A DNA stretch of 61,929 nucleotides, the filler included, from Basidiobolus ranarum (lineage: Eukaryota): assembly GCA_040143965.1 (NCBI GenBank). It is 22 parts of 22 records of this genome, joined end to end, with 100 filler letters (N's around TTAATTAATTAA, not from the genome) between each part and the next. Parts side by side here need not be neighbours in the genome. Positions count along the whole stretch, not along the records: positions 1 to 2,731 come from JASJQH010009902.1; positions 2,832 to 5,560 come from JASJQH010009903.1; positions 5,661 to 8,389 come from JASJQH010009904.1; positions 8,490 to 11,217 come from JASJQH010009905.1; 18 more parts are not named here. One strand, written 5' to 3'. How positions within the stretch are numbered: the first letter of the stretch is position 1; each line of letters starts with the position of its first letter. The position numbers and the translations under genes were made by a program. Below are positions 1-11,317 of this stretch, piece after piece. The notes below the pieces were generated by a model that saw only the letters and a list, made by a program, of their open reading frames with translations, was not told the origin of the DNA and made no database searches.

Positions 1-111
1 TTAATTTTCCAAACTTGATAATTGGTTCCATCCAATTTTTCAGAAGAGGGAAAAGTTCCAGAAATTTGAGAAGTAGACATTACAGAGAGTGCAAGCTCGG
101 GGCTCATAACC
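1..111 (-). mobile_element. Copia family B primer-binding site and gag start, LTR absent
   Basis: Minus strand reads GGTTATGAGCCCCGAG then MSTSQISGTFPSSEKLDGTNYQVWKI; homologous to 60700-60816. Confidence 0.8.
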
Positions 112-2622
112 CTGATTCAGCATGATTTTCTGATTGGGCGTAACTTGCTTAAATTGGATTACAAGAAAATAACTAAATTCACCCATATCAGTATCTGAAA
201 TTGGCTTGATCAGCTGCTTTTTGCCTGAATAAATGTTTCTAGATTGTATGTGGCTACAATCAAGTCATCCACATATCATGCCAAGATAAGGATCCTATTT
301 CTGGTTGTGTTGATGTAAATAATCTGATCTGCCCTGCATTTTTGATATTCTGATGATTACAAATAGGTACCTATCATGTTGCACTATGCCCAGGATGCTT
401 GCTTGAGTCCATATAGCAACTTCTGCAGTTTATAGACCATATCAGGGTGTTATAATCAACAAATGTAACTGGTTGCTCCATATAGATCTCTTCTTGTAGA
501 TTTCCTTTCAGAAAGGCTGTTTTACATCCATTCAATGTAAATCAAGGTTATTGAGGGCTGTGAGTGCCAGGACTGATCTAATGGAGCTAAACCTAGCTAC
601 TGTAGCAAAGGTTTCATTAAAATCAACTCCTAAGATCTGCAAATAACCTGTTGCCACTAATCTTGCTTTGTATGTTTCCATCTGTTTAGTTATGAATCTG
701 TAGATCCATTTGCAACCTATTGGCTTTCTCCCTGATGGGAGAGGACTTTAAACCCACATTATATTATCCTGACATGAAGAAGACTCCGCAGATATTGCTT
801 TTTGCCATAATTTAGATTCTGGACACTGCAGAGCTGGATCTAGAGTCTGTGGCTTGTCACAGAGTGATGCATAAGCATATACATTAGGACTGGAAGTGTT
901 CTACCAATTTTCTGGCTTGTTTCTCCTTCTGTATGCTATTCTGGCTCCTGAATCATCCTTTGATGTAATTGGGACTGGAATTTTGGTTTAATAGGGCTCC
1001 AATATAGCTGGAACGTTGTCAGACACATCCTGAATAGTGCTGATTGTATTTTTTTGATCAAAAACTGTGATTTGAGTTCAAAAATATGCTTTTTCATCTA
1101 AATCATATCTCTGCACTTAATTAGCTTATGATTATCAGAATCAAACAGTCAATAGGCCTTAGATCCATCACAGTAACCAAGAAATATGCATTTATGCCTT
1201 TGGGTTCCAAGTTAGAGCATTTTTGAGCTCGAATTAGGCAATATGCTATGCAACCCAAGATCTTGTGATGATCTGCAATTGGTTTCAGTGCATATTAGAC
1301 TTCAAATGGAGTAGAATTTTGTAGCAATCTTATTGGGCTTCTATTTTTAATATAGGCTGCAGTGAAGAAAGATTCAGCCCAATATTGGTAATCTAACTTT
1401 TGATCAAGTGACATTGAACTTGCCATCTCCACTATAGTCCTATAAGCACGGTCTGCAACTCCATTTAGCTGTGGAGTATCAGGTAGAGTAATCTATTGCT
1501 TAATCCACATTAGAACAAAAACTAGTAAAGTCTTTAGAGCAGCATTCTCCACCATTATCACTCCTTGGTACCCATATGATTTGTGCTGATTCTTGCTCTA
1601 CCATTGCTTTGCAAAGCTTGAATGTAGCTATGGCTTCTGATTTTCATTTGAGAAAGAATACCCAAGTATATCTTATAAGTACCTCTTATAACCTAGTAAG
1701 ACAGTTTTTATGGGCCCACATAGATCAGAGTGAATCAGGGCAAAATTTTGAGTGAATTTAGTCTTTCCAGAGCTTGAATATGTTAGTATGTGCTGTTTTC
1801 CTTAAATGCAACATTCACACAGATTCAATTTTGAGATTTTTCATTTTCTAAAGTGTGAAACAGGCTGATTTTGGATTGTTTGGGTCAGTTATTATTCCTA
1901 AATGTGGCCTAATCTTCTATGCCACATATGGCAGCTTAATTTACCACTTTTGGCCATGTTTGCATGCTCAGAATGCAATTTGTTGATTTCTAGCCTTTAT
2001 AAGTTTTGAAGTTTGATCCCAGTAGCTTACTTAGTATTATTGTGATCTGTGATAGTGCATCTAGCCTTGCGGAACATGAACTTTAGTCCTTGAGTTGTTG
2101 CTTGGCTTACTGAGAGTAGATTGCTGGCTGTATTTGGTACATAGAGTACATGATCTAATTTTGCAGATGGTATAGCGGAACAATGTTCAAAATTGAGCAC
2201 AACTATGCTCTTACCAACTGCATCTAGCACATAGTCTGCACCTAAGTATACTTTCCTTGTTGGGATGGGTTTTAGAGCTGGGAAACCAATCTTTCTTGTT
2301 TGACATATGCTACAAAGCTCCCAAATCAATGTACCATGTTTAAGAGTCTTATTTAATGTTTACTGATAGGGCAGATCTAAATGATGATCCCTACCGGTGC
2401 TTACTTGATTTGCTTGTTCCTATTTTTACTTTTTGGCAAAAATCCTTTTTCTTCAATCTTTGATTATACGACCTGGTATCTAGCAATACTTATAGATGAT
2501 TGATTTCCTATTAGAAGCACCATTGTTAAAGCCTGTTTGATGCTGTACAGCTCCAAAAAATGCCCGTACTGCATCAATTTGCTGAGAATTAGATTTCCTT
2601 TATTCCTCATTCAAAAGCCTAG
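112..2622 (-). mobile_element. Degenerate Ty1/Copia family A gag-PR-INT-RT fragment
   Basis: Protease region (KVYLGADYVLDAVG..VLYVP..SNLLSV), integrase (HSDLCGP, DNGGEC, CIFLGYC) and RT (PIGCKWI, ETFATVARFSSIR, KTAFL) in Copia order, with many stops and frameshifts. Confidence 0.92.
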
Positions 2623-2731
2623 CCCTAACAAAAATAAAATCGATTTGATCCGGATCGGATCCACCCTCCGAAATAGCAAAACCGTCAGAGAACCGTCACA
2701 ATATTGTTGGCTTGCATTCTGCCAGGGATTT
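2623..2731 (-). mobile_element. CACTA-family right terminus inserted in Copia gag, CpG-intact copy
   Basis: CCCTAACAAAAATAAAATCGATTTGATCCGGATCGGATCC; the same terminus occurs at ~5940, 14763, 15566, 16337, 47349, 48769 and 59888. Confidence 0.85.
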
Positions 2732-2831
2732 NNNNNNNNNNNNNNNNNNNNNNNNNNNNNNNNNNNNNNNNNNNNTTAATTAATTAANNNNNNNNNNNNN
2801 NNNNNNNNNNNNNNNNNNNNNNNNNNNNNNN
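2732..2831. other. Artificial contig-joining spacer (first of 21)
   Basis: N44-TTAATTAATTAA-N44 (stops in all six frames). Recurs at 5561, 8390, 11218, 14044, 16867, 19690, 22513, 25334, 28154, 30974, 33793, 36610, 39426, 42242, 45058, 47872, 50685, 53498, 56309 and 59120. Intervening contigs shrink from 2731 to 2710 bp. Confidence 0.98.
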
Positions 2832-5560
2832 AAACTCCATGATTTTACTGTCAAGAGCCCAGTCAGATTTCAACATGATCACTGATATCAATTCACCAAA
2901 TAGTCAGTCTAACATCAAACTTGGTATTAGCCATAAGCCTAATATTATATTGCTAAAGGTGATCAGCTGGAGCCAGAGCTTCCCATTAGGCACTACGTAC
3001 TTACTATTCAATTGTGCTCATGGGTTTTTATATTGTTTGAGCACAGCAACAGCAACAAAGCCCAATCTATGGACACATGGTAAGTACCTTTATAATCAGA
3101 CTAATTTGCTTGTGTGATACTCTGATGGTATTTTTAGGAAAGCTGCAAGCCAGATTTCTGGGTGAGATTGATGGAGATACATAGTATTATTGTCTTAGCC
3201 ATGGGATAATCTATTCAATCAATGACTCATCTACTTGTGGCAGCACATTTGTTGACTGCAAGTTGGGGATATATTGGCTGGATTCTTAATTTTTGTATGG
3301 CAAAATACTGGGTTTAGTGCTATAGGAATTTGAATTAATATGCATGCCGTTGATTATATTCTTTAGGCTTTGTGTTCCAGCCCTAATGAGAATCAAAAAA
3401 TACAAGAATCTTGTTATTTTTAGTCCCTACATATGCACATACTTGAGTGTGCAGACTTAACTCAATGACATCAATATCTTTACCAGCAAACTAAAGGTTG
3501 AAAATAGTTAAAAATCTGAGATTTTGAATAGCACTGACACTTGTCAAATAGCTGACTCTTGTTACTGTTCCCAATGTGAGTAAGCTCTTTTTTTTAGCAT
3601 ATTTCCATGAAGAATTCAACAATATATCCCTGACTTCCAGTCAATATATGTCCACCACAAGCAGATGTGATATTACTTGAATATATTACACCATGGCTAA
3701 AACAAAAATACTGCATATCTTGATCTCTCTCACAAAGAAGTCTGTCTTGCAACTTTCCCAGAAATATTATCAGATAATCACAAAAACAAATTAGTCCAAA
3801 TTATAGAGATACTTACTCTGTGATCATGGATTGGGCTTTGTTGCTGTTTTTGTACTCAAATAATCAAAAACCAAGGAGCACATTGAAAAGAGCCCTTTGT
3901 TGTAAGGTTAATATATTCTGTAGTCTCCTTAACTCATCACATTATATCCATCACTGATTTTCCTGATACATTGTTTGACAGATTAGCATATGGGAATACT
4001 GACAATTTCACATGGAGCATCATTTCACCACAGGTGCACTCCATTGGGAACTTCCAGAGTGTGTAGCAAGTGCCTATAATCTCTAAGCATCAAGAAAGAT
4101 GCCACATGGAATATATAGAATAATGTCATTGATTCAGTATACATTTATTAAACCTGTAATAAAGTTCTACAAATCTAATTACAAAATCCTTGCACATTTA
4201 GTGTATCTGCCTGAGATCTGCAATTGTGAGCTGATGCCACAAGAATATATTGATAACATCCCAGGACAACTCCAAATGTTGCCAATACTTATCAGGCAGA
4301 AATCTCTTAAAGATTCTACTTGAATATACACAGATCTAATACTTCCGGTCTTTGCATTTGAATAAATGCCTAGAAGAGTGGTTATTGATGGGAGATCTGG
4401 TCAAAAATTATGGTATCTTGATGTTTTCAAGCATTTTCCTAATCAATTCAGGCTTTGACCCTATATTGAATTGCTCATTGATTTGCACTATTGCTGGAAA
4501 GGAATACCTCTGGTAAACCAAACAATGATTCATCATTACTTGAGTTAGCTTCTAGCATGTCAATTCCATCCAAAGTGGGTAGTGGATTGCTAGACTTTTC
4601 ATCAATTAAGTCCTTGATTCTTGCTGGGTTTTTTCCTTCCATGCCAACAAGCTTTGGCTTTCAAGCCAATTTAATTCAGATTTTGAATGCTTTTTGAATG
4701 GCATTGAAATATTCAGATAGTAAACTTGGTGTAATGGTATTGCTCAGAAACATCATATAATAAACCAAAATTGCCATCCATTACTGGAAACCTCTTGTAC
4801 ATCCCCTGATGACTCATCTGTGACACTGTCTCAGAATCAGCTGATGATATTGATGGGCTATACCTCAAATACCACCCTCATGTAGGAGGTGTTCTTTCTT
4901 CTACAATATCTTTTTCATGCTGAAACACAAACATTTAAAGAAGCCCTGCTAAAATTGTCACAAATTCTTGGATATGATAGCCAGAGGCTTCATCAAAAAA
5001 ATAATCACAAACATGGTAACTGTACAAAGCCATTGCTGCACAAAGTCTAGTTAGTGACAACAGTAATAAGTGCCCAGAATCAACTTTAGTTTTGCCCACC
5101 AAGTCTACAGACTGTACTTTGCCTCAAAGTTTTGCTAACACTACCTAAAGTCAAGATACCATGGAGTTACCACAGTTATAAGACCAGAATGATGTAGGTA
5201 GTAGTACAACTTTGGTTTTGCAAGATGTTGACCTTGATTATTTCAGTACCAATGATAGTATAACAGAATTTGAAGAAGATGATGGTTTTGTTACAGATGC
5301 TTTGTTATTGGCAAGCATTAGTCCACTCATAACACTTACTGTAAAGGAAGCAGCTTTGATTATTGAGGAGTGGAGAGTTCAATCCAAACTTAGCAACTAC
5401 ATGTTTATTGGTTTTTTTAGACTTTGATCACAGTTGATTGGCAACTCTTGCTTGCCACAGACCTGGTATAAGTGGAAAACACTTGCCAACTGTATGACTT
5501 ATGATCCTTCAGTAATTAAGCTACCTTCATGTCCAAATGGTTATATGGTTTTCACTGGTG
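2832..5560. mobile_element. Mosaic of CACTA/En-Spm fragments in both orientations
   Basis: 2832-~3290 transposase (+, internally deleted); ~3300-4470 transposase (-); ~4480-5560 accessory-ORF region running into the transposase N-terminus (LPSCPNGYMVFTG, the C-x-N-x-C-x-x-F-T-G motif of Transposase_21 proteins). Confidence 0.85.
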
Positions 5561-5939
5561 NNNNNNNNNNNNNNNNNNNNNNNNNNNNNNNNNNNNNNNN
5601 NNNNTTAATTAATTAANNNNNNNNNNNNNNNNNNNNNNNNNNNNNNNNNNNNNNNNNNNNTTCCAAGCTTGGATTTCGTCAACATAACCGGCTTCGTCAG
5701 GAGCGCTATAAGTGTTACCTAAAACTAGGGTTGTGTTCAGAATATCTGTGGGAGTAAAATCAGCCATTTTTGGGGCAATTTGGACAAGTTCAAAATTTTC
5801 AATATGGAATTGCAAATCCTCACATTACTCACATATTTATATAATATATGTTCTGATTTTCAGTTAAGTGATATTTGACTAAGTAATCTGAACTAATTTA
5901 TATATGATGTATATGTTTAATGGCTTTCCCACACTTTCA

Positions 5940-6926
5940 TACTAGCAAAAATATAATTGATTTGATCTGGATTGGATCCACCCTGCAAAATAGCAAAACC
6001 ATCAGAGAACCATCACAATATTGGTGGCTTGCATTCTGCCAGGGATTTTGATGGTGCAATGGTGGTCTCTTGATGGTATTTTGATGGTATTCATAAATGT
6101 TTAAATATTGATCATCAAATGTGGCATGTGTTTTTTAATATCCAGCAATTTTTGCAAAAAAATTAACTTTCAAATGGCAAATTACTGGGTTTACTGCTGC
6201 AGAAATTCAAATCAACATGCATGCCTTTATTTAGATATTTTAGGCTTTGTATTACAGACATAATGAGAATCAAAAAATACAAGAATCTTGTAGTGTTTAG
6301 TCTCTACATATACACATACTTGACAGATTAGACATAACTGAACAACATCAATATGCTATACCAGTAAACTAATGGTGGTAAAATTGCTAAACATCTGAAA
6401 TTTTGAACAGCACTGAGACTTGGCAAAGAGCAGACTCTTGTTACTGTTCACAATGAGAATAAGCTCCTAGATTTTGGCAAAATTCTGTAAAGAATTCAGC
6501 AAATATATCCCCATGTTGCAGTGAACAAATGTCCAATCACATGTAAATGTGTCATTGCTTGAATAGATTAACCCATGGCTAAAAAATAATACTGTGTTTC
6601 TTGATCTATCTCACCAAGAAGACTGTCTTGCAGCTTTGCTAAAAATACTGTCAGATTATTGCACAAGCAAATTAGTCCAGATATAGAGGTACCTACTCTG
6701 TGTCCATGGATTGGGCTTTGTTGCTGTTATTGTGCCCACACAATGCAAAAACCCATGAGCATATTGAAAAGAGCCCTTTGTTGGCAGGTTAATATACTCT
6801 GGAGTCTCTGTAACCCATTGCATTACATCCATCACTTATTTTGCTGATACATTGTTAATCAGATTAACATATGGTAATACTGACAATTTCACATGGAGCA
6901 TCATTTCCCCACAGGTGCACTCCATG
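5940..6926 (-). mobile_element. CACTA right arm (degenerate)
   Basis: Homologous to 46370-47349 in reverse; decayed terminus at ~5940. Confidence 0.85.
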
Positions 6927-8389
6927 CCCTAACAGAAATTTGAGGATTGTTACTATAGGAAAACTGTCACAGTTTTAAACCACTTGGGATTGACTGTTTA
7001 TGTACCAACATAAAATTGTCAAGTTAGATTTGATTTTAATTAATTTTTTCAGTTTCAGGAGTGAAATTTCAAGATCTTGCAAAATTGTTGCGCTTGATTA
7101 GCTACAATATCAGAGAGCTTTGGATCAACAAATGTGCTAAAAATGTAACTCAAATTTTACACAATTACCACTTGAACACTAATTTGTCACCTTTGAAATC
7201 CCTAGTCTCTTTGATATATTCTCCTGAAAATTTCTATACAGTTCTTCATACCCAAGGTTTAGCTCATACCCAACATGAGTTTATTATTGAATGGATGAGC
7301 CACATGAAATAAGTCAAGAACCTTCAGAGTAACACCTTGTTTTCGGTTTTTCCACAATTTGCTCAAATCCCGGTGATTTCAGGCTAGATTCCACACTGAT
7401 TCCAAAATGTTGAACCACTCATCATCAGAGCAAGTGATGGCAGCTCTGACATTCAGAGTCTTTTGTTTGCCAGTTTTCCTATGAGATTTCTACTTTCATG
7501 TGCCCAACCAATTTTGGGTTGTTGTGCAGGCTTAATAGTCCAACACATATTGTACTCTGCTAGATTGTAAGAGTTACATTCATATATATGGTGTGGGATT
7601 GATTGAAATCCCATATGAGAATGGATGGAGGGAGCAGCATGTTGCTCTAGCTCAAGTACAGCCTCCTGAAGATCTTGTATCATTGTTGAGTGACTCTCTA
7701 ACCACTGACTAGTTGCTTCCAAATGCTGCATTAATTGCAATATTGCAACATTCTTGCTTGTCACGGCCTGTGTAGCACCTTTGTAGTTTTTACTCATCAT
7801 TGTGGACAAATCATTACAGTGTTCTGCCTGCCATGCCCTTGTTTTAACAATTCTATCCATATTTTCTATGGAGGATTGTTCAATACTGGGCAAAGTAGCC
7901 ATTTTGGAAGTTGATGGTCTTGACAGTGTTTCAGTTGAACTTTGCTCATATATTCATTTACTACATAATTGGGGGATTACAATCTCTTCACTTGTGCTAT
8001 TGCTGGAAAGGAACACAACTGGTAAATTGAATAAAGCTTCATCATTACTGATTTAGTTACTGGCATGTTAATGCCTTCCAGAGTGGATAGTGGATTGCTA
8101 GATGGTCATCAATTAATTCCTCTGTTCTTGCTGGTTTATTTCCTCTTGTGCCACCAGGCTTTGGTCTGGAAACCAATTTTGACTTGGATTTTGAATACTT
8201 TTTGAGTGGAATTGAAATTTTCATATGGTAAACTGGGTGTAATGAAAATGCTTAGAAACAGCTTATAATAAACCAAAATTGCCATCCATTACCGGAAGTA
8301 TCTTGTAAATCCCCTGATGACTCATCTATGACACCATCTCAGAATCAGCTGATGATATTGATGGGCTTTACCTAAAGTATCACCCTTAC
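6927..8389 (+). mobile_element. CACTA left arm with decayed accessory ORF on the minus strand
   Basis: Begins CCCTAACAGAAATTTGAGG, matching the right terminus CCCTAACAAAAAT. ORF 7453-7902 is homologous to 8960-9370 and 41428-41900. Confidence 0.8.
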
Positions 8390-8489
8390 NNNNNNNNNNN
8401 NNNNNNNNNNNNNNNNNNNNNNNNNNNNNNNNNTTAATTAATTAANNNNNNNNNNNNNNNNNNNNNNNNNNNNNNNNNNNNNNNNNNNN

Positions 8490-8690
8490 TTTGATATTGT
8501 AATTATACATTGACCAGGTAGCCAGCAAGGAAAACCTAATGCCTTATCACATAGAGCAGAAGATCAGCCCAAAGAAAGGGATGAGGCCTTTGACCAACAA
8601 AATACTCCCAGATATTGGCACAGTCAACACCAGACTGACCATCAAGTTGAGTGTTCTTCTTCTGAAGCTACTCTCTCTGCATATCTTCAC
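8490..8690 (+). mobile_element. Ty3/Gypsy (Tf2-like) RNase H C-terminus/linker relic
   Basis: Translates FDIVIIH*PGSQQGKPNALSHRAEDQPKERDEAFDQQ, resembling FxIxYRPGxxNGKADALSR; homologous to 37801-38122. Confidence 0.7.
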
Positions 8691-11217
8691 TGAGTTTTTC
8701 TGTTATAATATTGAAAGTTTTCCTCAAGCACTTTCTCTATTTTTATACTTTGTTGTGTGATAGCCACATGGTGTAAGTCAAGAACCTTCAGAGTAATGAC
8801 TGGTTTTTGGTTTACCCACAATTGGCTTGAATCTAGGTGATATTGGACAAGATTGTTCACAGTTTCCCAAAATGTTATACCACTTATCATCACAGCAAGT
8901 GATGGCAGTTCTGTCATTCAGAGTCTTTTGCTTTGCTGGTTTTTCTATGAGATTTTGACTTACAAGTGCCCAAGAAATTTTGGGTTGTTGGGCAGGCTTA
9001 ATGGTCCACCATATATTCTGCTCTGGCAGCTTGCACATGATAATGTTTCATATGTATTGTGTGGGATTGACTGAAATCCCATATGAGAATACACAGAGAG
9101 AGCAGAATGTTGCTGTAGCTCAAGTAGAGCATTCTTAAGGTCTTGAATCATTGTTCCATGACTCTTTAACTGTTGACTAGTTGCTTCAGAATGCTGGATT
9201 AAATGTAATATTGTAGTGTTATTGCAAGTCATGGCCTGTATAGCAAGTTGGTAGTTCTTACTTATGATTGTATATATATCATGCTGGTGTTCTGTGTGCG
9301 ATTTGCTTGTTGTAATAATTCTATCCAAATTTCCAATGGAAGGCTGTTCAATAGTTGGCAAAGTATCCATTTTGATGGTCTTGACAGTGTTTTGGTTGAA
9401 CTTTGCCCAACTATTGTTTTTCTATGTAATTGCAGGATTACAGTCTCTTCACCTGCACTATTGTGGGAAAGAAATATATCTGGTAATTTCATTGATCCTT
9501 CATCATTATTTGAGTAGGTTTCCAGCATGTCAATGCCTTCCAAAGTGGATAGTGGAGAGTGGTTCTTTAGACTGCTCATCAATCAGGTCCTCTGTTCTAG
9601 CTGGCATTTTTCCTTTCATGCCAGCAGGCTTTTGCTTGATAGTTAATTTAATTTAGAATTTGAAACCATTTTGAATCACATTAAAATATTCAAATGGTAA
9701 ACTTTGTGTAATGAAATTGCTTAAAAAAAGCTTATAATAAACCAAAATTGACATCCATTACTGAAAATATCTTGTGAATCCACCAATGAATCCTCTGTGA
9801 CACCATCTTGGAATCAGCTGATGATATTGATGGGATATACCAAAAATACCATTATTACATATCCCTAACAGAAATTTGAGGATTGTTATTGTAGGAAATC
9901 ATCACTATTTTAATCCATTTGGGATTGCCCATTTACTTACCATCATCTACATGTCAAGTTAGATTTGATCTTAATCAATTTTTTCAGTTTCAGGAGTGAA
10001 ATCTCATGATCTTGTAAAATAGTTGCACATGATGGACTACAATCTCAGAGAACTATGGATCAATGCTGGTGCAAAAAATGTAACACAAATTTTACACATT
10101 TACCACTTGAACCTTAATTTGTCACCTTCAAAATTCATAGTTTCTTTGTTATATTCTCCTGAATATTCAAATGGAGCTCTTTATACCCAAGGTTTAGCTC
10201 ACATCCAAAACAAGTTTGTATCAATTTCTCCATCAAAGCCTGCCATTGTATTAACATTGCTGAATCAACATTCTTACAACTATCTACAGGGTAGCCTGCA
10301 ATATTGTGCAACTTTGTATTTTGTTCTTCCCAGATATCTGAACAATCAACACCAGACTTAATGTCAAGTTGAATATTTTTCTTTGCACTGCATTTTCAAT
10401 TGATACTTTTGAAAATACTCCTCAAGCATGTTGCCTATTTTTGTATGTTGCTCTAGTGTGACACTACTGAGAGTACTTTGCAGTGTTTGTGCAGCTTTTT
10501 GCTTGCCTTTAAGCTTGGTGCTAATTTCAGCACCTTGAAAAGTAGTAGTTGAGGCTGGAGAGTCTTGAGTTTCATTTGCTGGGGCTTTGGCTTGTTGAGA
10601 AGTGCCAGGTGTTGCATAAACTTCCCAATTTAGCACTCTTGCAACTGGTGTACCTGGTTCCATGGTGAAACCAAGTTTTTTTGCACCTATATCAGACTCT
10701 GGAAATGCAGATCTTTGTAATGGTGTAACATATTCCATAAGTGGGAAAGTAGAGCCTAAACTCACTGGCTGCTTTGCTCTTCCCTTGGGCTTACTAACTT
10801 CCTGCTCCTTAAGTATTTCTTTGGCTGCTCAATTAAGTCCTCCATTCTTCCTGGTTTTTTTCCTTTTATACCTGCAGGCTTTGGCTTGGCAGCCAATTTT
10901 GGTTTAGATTTTGAATGCTTTTTGATTGGCTTTGAAACTTTTAGATGGTAAACCTGGTGTAATGAAATTGCTTAGAAATACCTTACAACAAACCAAAATT
11001 GCCATCTATTACTGGAAAAATCTTGTAAATCCCCTGATGACTCAACTGTGACAGCATCTCAGAATTACCTGGTGATATTGATGGGCTATACCTATAATAG
11101 CACCCTTAAGTAGGAGGTATTCTTTTTTCCACAATATCTTTCTCAAGCTATAACACAAACATTTAAAGAAGACCTGCTATCATTGTCACAAACTAAAAAT
11201 TGATTAAAATCAAATCT
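8691..11217 (+). mobile_element. Two nested CACTA left-arm copies
   Basis: A second left terminus CCCTAACAGAAATTTGAGG at 9863 interrupts the first copy; ORF 10364-10765 is homologous to 36876-37274. Confidence 0.8.
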
Positions 11218-11317
11218 NNNNNNNNNNNNNNNNNNNNNNNNNNNNNNNNNNNNNNNNNNNNTTAATTAATTAANNNNNNNNNNNNNNNNNNNNNNNNNNN
11301 NNNNNNNNNNNNNNNNN

